Assembly (NCBI GenBank): GCA_013204395.1
Contig: JABMNZ010000017.1
Coordinates: 2,490-66,489 of the forward strand
Length of the DNA: 64,000 nt
Reading direction: 5' to 3'
Source: Parcubacteria group bacterium
Lineage (GTDB): Bacteria; Patescibacteriota; Patescibacteriia; UBA9934; GWF2-40-263
The translations under genes and the position numbers were made by a program. Shown piece after piece: positions 59,720 to 64,000 of this stretch. Below the pieces are notes generated by a model. That model did no database searches, was not told the DNA's origin, and was given only the letters and a program-made list of their open reading frames with translations. Position 1 is the first letter of the stretch; every line of letters begins with the position of its first letter.

Positions 59720-60232
59720 ATGGATATGCCGTCAACTAAAAAAGGGTATCGCATGGGGCTTCTGATCGTTGCCCTTGTATTGCTTGGGGCTGGATGTACT
59801 GAACCCACCGGAATTGGTGTTGATATTGGGCAGGAAGCACCAGATTTTGTCACAACAGATTTTGCTGGACAAGGGGTGTCTTTGAGTGATTACATAGGAG
59901 AAAAAGTTCTTTTAGATTTTTGGGCGATGTGGTGTTCATTTTGTGCCAAGGAGATTCCTGAGATTCAAGCACTTCACGAACAGTACCCAGACATGAACGT
60001 TATTGGAGTGCATCGCACGGCAACAGAAAGCTTGGCAGACGCACAATCTTTCATCCAGGAGCTTGGGGTAACATATCAAATGCTGAGTGATGAAGATAAT
60101 TCTATCTACAACACGTTTTCTGGTGGAAGACCGTTCATGCCATTAGCGGTGCTCATTGATGAGCAGGGAATAGTTCAACATCGTCTTATTGGACCTAAAA
60201 CAGAAGAGCAAATTAAACAACTTTTCAAATAG
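59720..60232 (+). CDS. TlpA-family thiol-disulfide oxidoreductase lipoprotein
   Basis: LLGAG-C lipobox and FWAMWCSFC. Confidence 0.88.
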   Translation: MDMPSTKKGYRMGLLIVALVLLGAGCTEPTGIGVDIGQEAPDFVTTDFAGQGVSLSDYIGEKVLLDFWAMWCSFCAKEIPEIQALHEQYPDMNVIGVHRTATESLADAQSFIQELGVTYQMLSDEDNSIYNTFSGGRPFMPLAVLIDEQGIVQHRLIGPKTEEQIKQLFK

Positions 60233-60234
60233 AT

Positions 60235-61374
60235 ATGACTGGTCAACAATTCAAAATCGGGTTCATTCTTTTCCTCACCCTGTCGGCAGGTATCATCTAT
60301 TATCAATATCAATTTTATCGAAGTCCCGTGCTGGAACTAAATGATTCAAATGCGGAGTTGTCACAAGGAAGGGGTGGAGCTCCTGACGTGATTTTGGAAA
60401 CAGATGGTGCTCTTCATGTTATTCCACTTGAGGATATTGTTACGGGAAATCCTGTGAAGGACGGCATACCGTCAATTGATGAACCCAAGTATGAATCAGT
60501 TCGTGCGGCAGATCAGTACCTTGATAACTACGGCTTTGGCCTTGCTGTAGAGGTTGGTGGTTTATATCGTTTTTATCCGTACCAGATTCTTGTGTGGCAT
60601 GAGATTGTAAATGATACGTTTGGTGGTGAGGATTTATTGGTTACGTATTGCCCACTGTGCTTCACGGGAATTGTGTTTGAGCGTGAGGTCGCTGGGGAGA
60701 CCGTTGAGTTTGGAACATCTGGTAAGTTGTACGATTCGAATCTTTTAATGTACGACCGGAAAACAGAAACATTGTGGTCTCAGGCGATGGGTAAGGCCGT
60801 TGTTGGGGAGCTTACCGGAGCAAGTTTGACCTCATATCTGTCCCTTACAATTTCTTGGGCAGATTTCAGGAATCAATTTCCTTCTGGACAAGTCCTCTCT
60901 CGAAATACGGGTTACACGCGTGACTACACATCCGACCCCTATGGCCCAAGTGGGTATTATGAAAATGCCTCAATTATGTTTCCCATTTCTCACGAAGACG
61001 GTCGTGCACATCCAAAGTTGGTTATTTATGGGTACAAGGCAGATGGGGCATCAAAGGCCTACGGACTAGATGCGATTAAGGATGTTGGTCTTGTAAACGA
61101 TGTGGTTGGTGGCGATGCTCTGCTTGTTGTTTGGGATTCCACACTAAACGCAGTCAAAGGATTCTCTCGACAGTTGGACGCGGATGTGTTGGAATTTAAG
61201 CATACAGCCGGTTTTTTCACTGATATAGCCACTGGCTCACTTTGGAACGACACTGGTGAGGCGGTGAGTGGTGAGTATCGTGGCAGGCAGTTAGAGGTCG
61301 TTTCTCTTGAAAATTCATTCTGGTTTTCGTGGGCAACCACCTACCCAGAAACAGATTTACTTACTAAGGAATAG
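60235..61374 (+). CDS. DUF3179-domain protein
   Basis: KDGIPSID, HEIVND, TYCPLC and GTSGKLYDSNLLMYDR motifs. Confidence 0.88.
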   Translation: MTGQQFKIGFILFLTLSAGIIYYQYQFYRSPVLELNDSNAELSQGRGGAPDVILETDGALHVIPLEDIVTGNPVKDGIPSIDEPKYESVRAADQYLDNYGFGLAVEVGGLYRFYPYQILVWHEIVNDTFGGEDLLVTYCPLCFTGIVFEREVAGETVEFGTSGKLYDSNLLMYDRKTETLWSQAMGKAVVGELTGASLTSYLSLTISWADFRNQFPSGQVLSRNTGYTRDYTSDPYGPSGYYENASIMFPISHEDGRAHPKLVIYGYKADGASKAYGLDAIKDVGLVNDVVGGDALLVVWDSTLNAVKGFSRQLDADVLEFKHTAGFFTDIATGSLWNDTGEAVSGEYRGRQLEVVSLENSFWFSWATTYPETDLLTKE

Positions 61375-61376
61375 CT

Positions 61377-62114
61377 ATGGAATTTATTATTTTTCTTGCG
61401 ATTGTTTACATCGCATCCACCATACGTGTCATTTACGAGTATCAAAGGGGGGTCGTCTTTTTTCTAGGAAAATTTACAAGAACCTATCAACCTGGACTTA
61501 AGTTTATTCTTTGGCCTCTTCAGACAATTAAGAAGGTGGATATCCGAGTTAAGGCTGTTGATGTTCCAGATCAAGAGGCCATTACCCAAGACAACATTTC
61601 TGCTCGGATCAACGCGGTGATTTATTACAAAGTAAAAGATGCTGGTCGTGCCATCATCGAGGTTGAAAATTATCGACATGCCGTCAGTCAGCTTGCACAG
61701 ACAACCATGCGTAACGTTGTTGGGGAGATGGATTTGGATGAGCTGTTGAGCAAACGTGAACAGGCATCTAAGAAGATTCGTGAAATAGTAGACACTCTTA
61801 CAGACCCATGGGGCATTCAAGTTGAGAACGTTGAGCTTAAGGACATAACGCTTCCAGAAGAGATGAAGCGAACAATGGCCAAGCAGGCTGAGGCTGAGCG
61901 CGAGAGGCGTGCTGTGGTTATTAAGGCCATGGGAGAAGTTGAGTCTGCAGAGAATCTTGCTAAAGCAGCTACAATGCTTGCTCAGGCGCCTGGGGCCCTT
62001 CACCTTAGAACACTTTCAACTTTGAATGATCTTTCATCTGACCAATCAAACACCGTCGTTTTCGCAGTTCCTTTAGAGGTGCTTCGAGCGCTTGAGGGTC
62101 TTGCAAAGAAATAG
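61377..62114 (+). CDS. SPFH/stomatin (slipin) family protein
   Basis: AQTTMRNVVG, PWGI and QAEAERERRA motifs. Confidence 0.92.
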   Translation: MEFIIFLAIVYIASTIRVIYEYQRGVVFFLGKFTRTYQPGLKFILWPLQTIKKVDIRVKAVDVPDQEAITQDNISARINAVIYYKVKDAGRAIIEVENYRHAVSQLAQTTMRNVVGEMDLDELLSKREQASKKIREIVDTLTDPWGIQVENVELKDITLPEEMKRTMAKQAEAERERRAVVIKAMGEVESAENLAKAATMLAQAPGALHLRTLSTLNDLSSDQSNTVVFAVPLEVLRALEGLAKK

Positions 62115-62116
62115 CT

Positions 62117-62791
62117 ATGCCAACGCTATACGTAGTAGCAACTCCAATCGGAAACCTTTCTGACATGAGCGAGCGGGCCAAGGCCACGCTCTCTTCTGTT
62201 GGTACGATTCTTTGTGAAGATACTCGTGTCACTGGAAAGTTACTGCACGCGTATAAAATCGACACGCCAATGCTGAGCTATCATCAGCACAGCGGACAAT
62301 CAAAAACAAATAAAGTCTTTGAGCTATTAGAAGAGGGACAAGACTTGGCGCTCGTGACTGACGCTGGCACTCCATCGATCTCTGATCCAGGAGGGAAACT
62401 TGTCGAAGAGTTGGTTGCTCACTTTGGTGATGAGCTAACCATAGTTCCAATTCCTGGTGCCTCTGCTGTGATCAGTGCTTTGTCAGTGTCTGGCTTTCCC
62501 GCTGACGAGTACATCTTTATGGGGTTTGCTCCGCACAAGAAGGGGAGACAAACTTTTTTTGATCGCGTTGCCAGTATTAAATCAACAGTCGTTCTCTACG
62601 AGAGCACGCACAGAATCTTCAAGACACTTGCTGAAATCGATGCACGAAGTCCAGATCGACTCCTTATGGTCGGACGCGAGCTCACAAAAATGTACGAAAC
62701 TCTCTATCGGGGAACCGCCTCTCAAGTGACAGCCGCGCTAGAGTCATCTAGTATTAAAGGCGAATTTGTAATCGTATTACGTTCATTATGA
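62117..62791 (+). CDS. rsmI: 16S rRNA (cytidine(1402)-2'-O)-methyltransferase
   Basis: LYVVATPIGNL, CEDTR, DAGTPSISDPG and RELTK motifs. Confidence 0.96.
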   Translation: MPTLYVVATPIGNLSDMSERAKATLSSVGTILCEDTRVTGKLLHAYKIDTPMLSYHQHSGQSKTNKVFELLEEGQDLALVTDAGTPSISDPGGKLVEELVAHFGDELTIVPIPGASAVISALSVSGFPADEYIFMGFAPHKKGRQTFFDRVASIKSTVVLYESTHRIFKTLAEIDARSPDRLLMVGRELTKMYETLYRGTASQVTAALESSSIKGEFVIVLRSL

Positions 62792-64000
62792 ATCGATTTT
62801 ATATCACCACCACCTTGCCGTATGTAAACGCTAAGCCTCATATCGGGTTTGCTTTGGAGATCATTCAGGCTGATGCGGTTGCACGATATTATCGTGAGCG
62901 CGGGTTTGAAGTGCTGTTTAATACTGGTACAGACGAGCATGGTCAGAAGATTTACGAGAAAGCTATCGAGGAGGGGAAAGATACTCAGGCCTATGTTGAT
63001 GAGTATGCCGCCAAGTTTGACGAGCTTAAAATTTCGCTTGATCTGAGCTACACAAACTTTATCCGCACCAGCGATCCAGATCACAAAAAAGCTGCGCAGG
63101 AATTCTGGAAACGATGTGATGCCAATGGTGACATTTACAAAGATCGCTATCAGGTGAAGTACTGTGTCGGTTGTGAACTTCCTAAGACCGACTCAGAGCT
63201 AGTTAATGGACGTTGCCCTGTACACGTAAATCTAGAGTTGGAGTTGCGTGATGAGGAGAACTATTTTTTCCGCTGGTCAAAGTATCAGCAGCCACTTCTT
63301 GATTTGTACGCTGCCAACCCAGATTTTGTCGTGCCTAGTAATCGCTTAACTGAGATACAAAAGTTTGTTGAAGGTGGATTGAAGGACTTCAGTATCTCTC
63401 GACTCAAAGAAAAGATGCCATGGGGGGTTGGTGTCCCTGGTGATGAGGGTCACGTCATGTACGTTTGGTTTGATGCCTTAGTCAATTATATTTCAACCTT
63501 AGGTTGGCCAAACGAAGACGGAAATTTCTCAGATTACTGGCCGGGAGTGCAGGTTGCAGGAAAGGACAATCTTCGTCAGCAGTCTGCTATGTGGCAGGCC
63601 ATGCTAATGTCCGCTGGCATAAAGCCGTCTAAGCAGGTATTCATTCACGGGTTCATTACATCGGCTGGAGAAAAGATGTCTAAGAGCATGGGTAATGTCA
63701 TCGATCCGTTCTCTGAAGTTGCTGAGTATGGAACAGATGCAGTTCGTTATTATTTGCTGCGCGAGATTCCTTCACATGACGATGGGGACTTCTCTAGAGA
63801 ACGAATGGAACTGCGATATGCAGAGCTCGCTAATCAGCTTGGAAACTTGGTAAGCCGTGTGGGTGCCATGAGTCAGAAATATTTTGATGGGGTATTGAAT
63901 GACGTTGAGGTTGATTGGTCAGCCCAAGAGGCTCAGCTGTATGCGGCAATGAAAGATTATGACTTTAAGCGCTATCTCGATTTGGTTTGGGAAGTTGTAG
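62788..64000 (+). CDS. metG: Methionine--tRNA ligase (partial, runs off the window)
   Basis: Hand-translated MNRFYITTTLPYVNAKPHIG, GTDEHG, YVWFDAL and KMSKS. Confidence 0.96.
   Translation, partial: MNRFYITTTLPYVNAKPHIGFALEIIQADAVARYYRERGFEVLFNTGTDEHGQKIYEKAIEEGKDTQAYVDEYAAKFDELKISLDLSYTNFIRTSDPDHKKAAQEFWKRCDANGDIYKDRYQVKYCVGCELPKTDSELVNGRCPVHVNLELELRDEENYFFRWSKYQQPLLDLYAANPDFVVPSNRLTEIQKFVEGGLKDFSISRLKEKMPWGVGVPGDEGHVMYVWFDALVNYISTLGWPNEDGNFSDYWPGVQVAGKDNLRQQSAMWQAMLMSAGIKPSKQVFIHGFITSAGEKMSKSMGNVIDPFSEVAEYGTDAVRYYLLREIPSHDDGDFSRERMELRYAELANQLGNLVSRVGAMSQKYFDGVLNDVEVDWSAQEAQLYAAMKDYDFKRYLDLVWEVV

Noticed and set aside
1-64000. CRISPR array or additional DGR VRs
   Set aside because: No regularly spaced direct repeats or cas genes, and no second TR-like sequence seen by eye. 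A BLAST of the TR is needed to be sure.

Overview
Chromosomal window from a small-genome bacterium. Tightly packed AT-leaning genes, mostly without Shine-Dalgarno sites, LGAGC-type lipoproteins and CPR-style surface proteins suggest Patescibacteria/CPR; this is an inference. The backbone carries housekeeping, RNA-modification and thiol-redox genes, tRNA-Asn, a SAM-I riboswitch before metK and a 6S-like RNA. The main feature is an island at about 30.6-42.3 kb. It holds a capsid-less module (two DNA methyltransferases, small and large terminase, large serine recombinase) followed by a complete diversity-generating retroelement (DGR). The DGR has a target gene whose 133-nt variable region (VR) differs from the template repeat (TR) at 18 positions, all TR adenines, plus a GAA-loop hairpin, avd and a reverse transcriptase (RT). 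Unusually, avd is antisense and head-to-head with RT across a G11 tract. Removing one G puts upstream ATGs in frame for both genes and gives the RT an N-terminal QLSIF motif resembling a beta-clamp-binding motif. This is a candidate phase-variable, replisome-coupled DGR, but a homopolymer assembly error is an alternative. Also notable are five stand-alone GC-rich genes with their own promoters and Shine-Dalgarno sites, several unexplained structured RNAs, and two other homopolymer frame anomalies (msrB and a prs-like gene).
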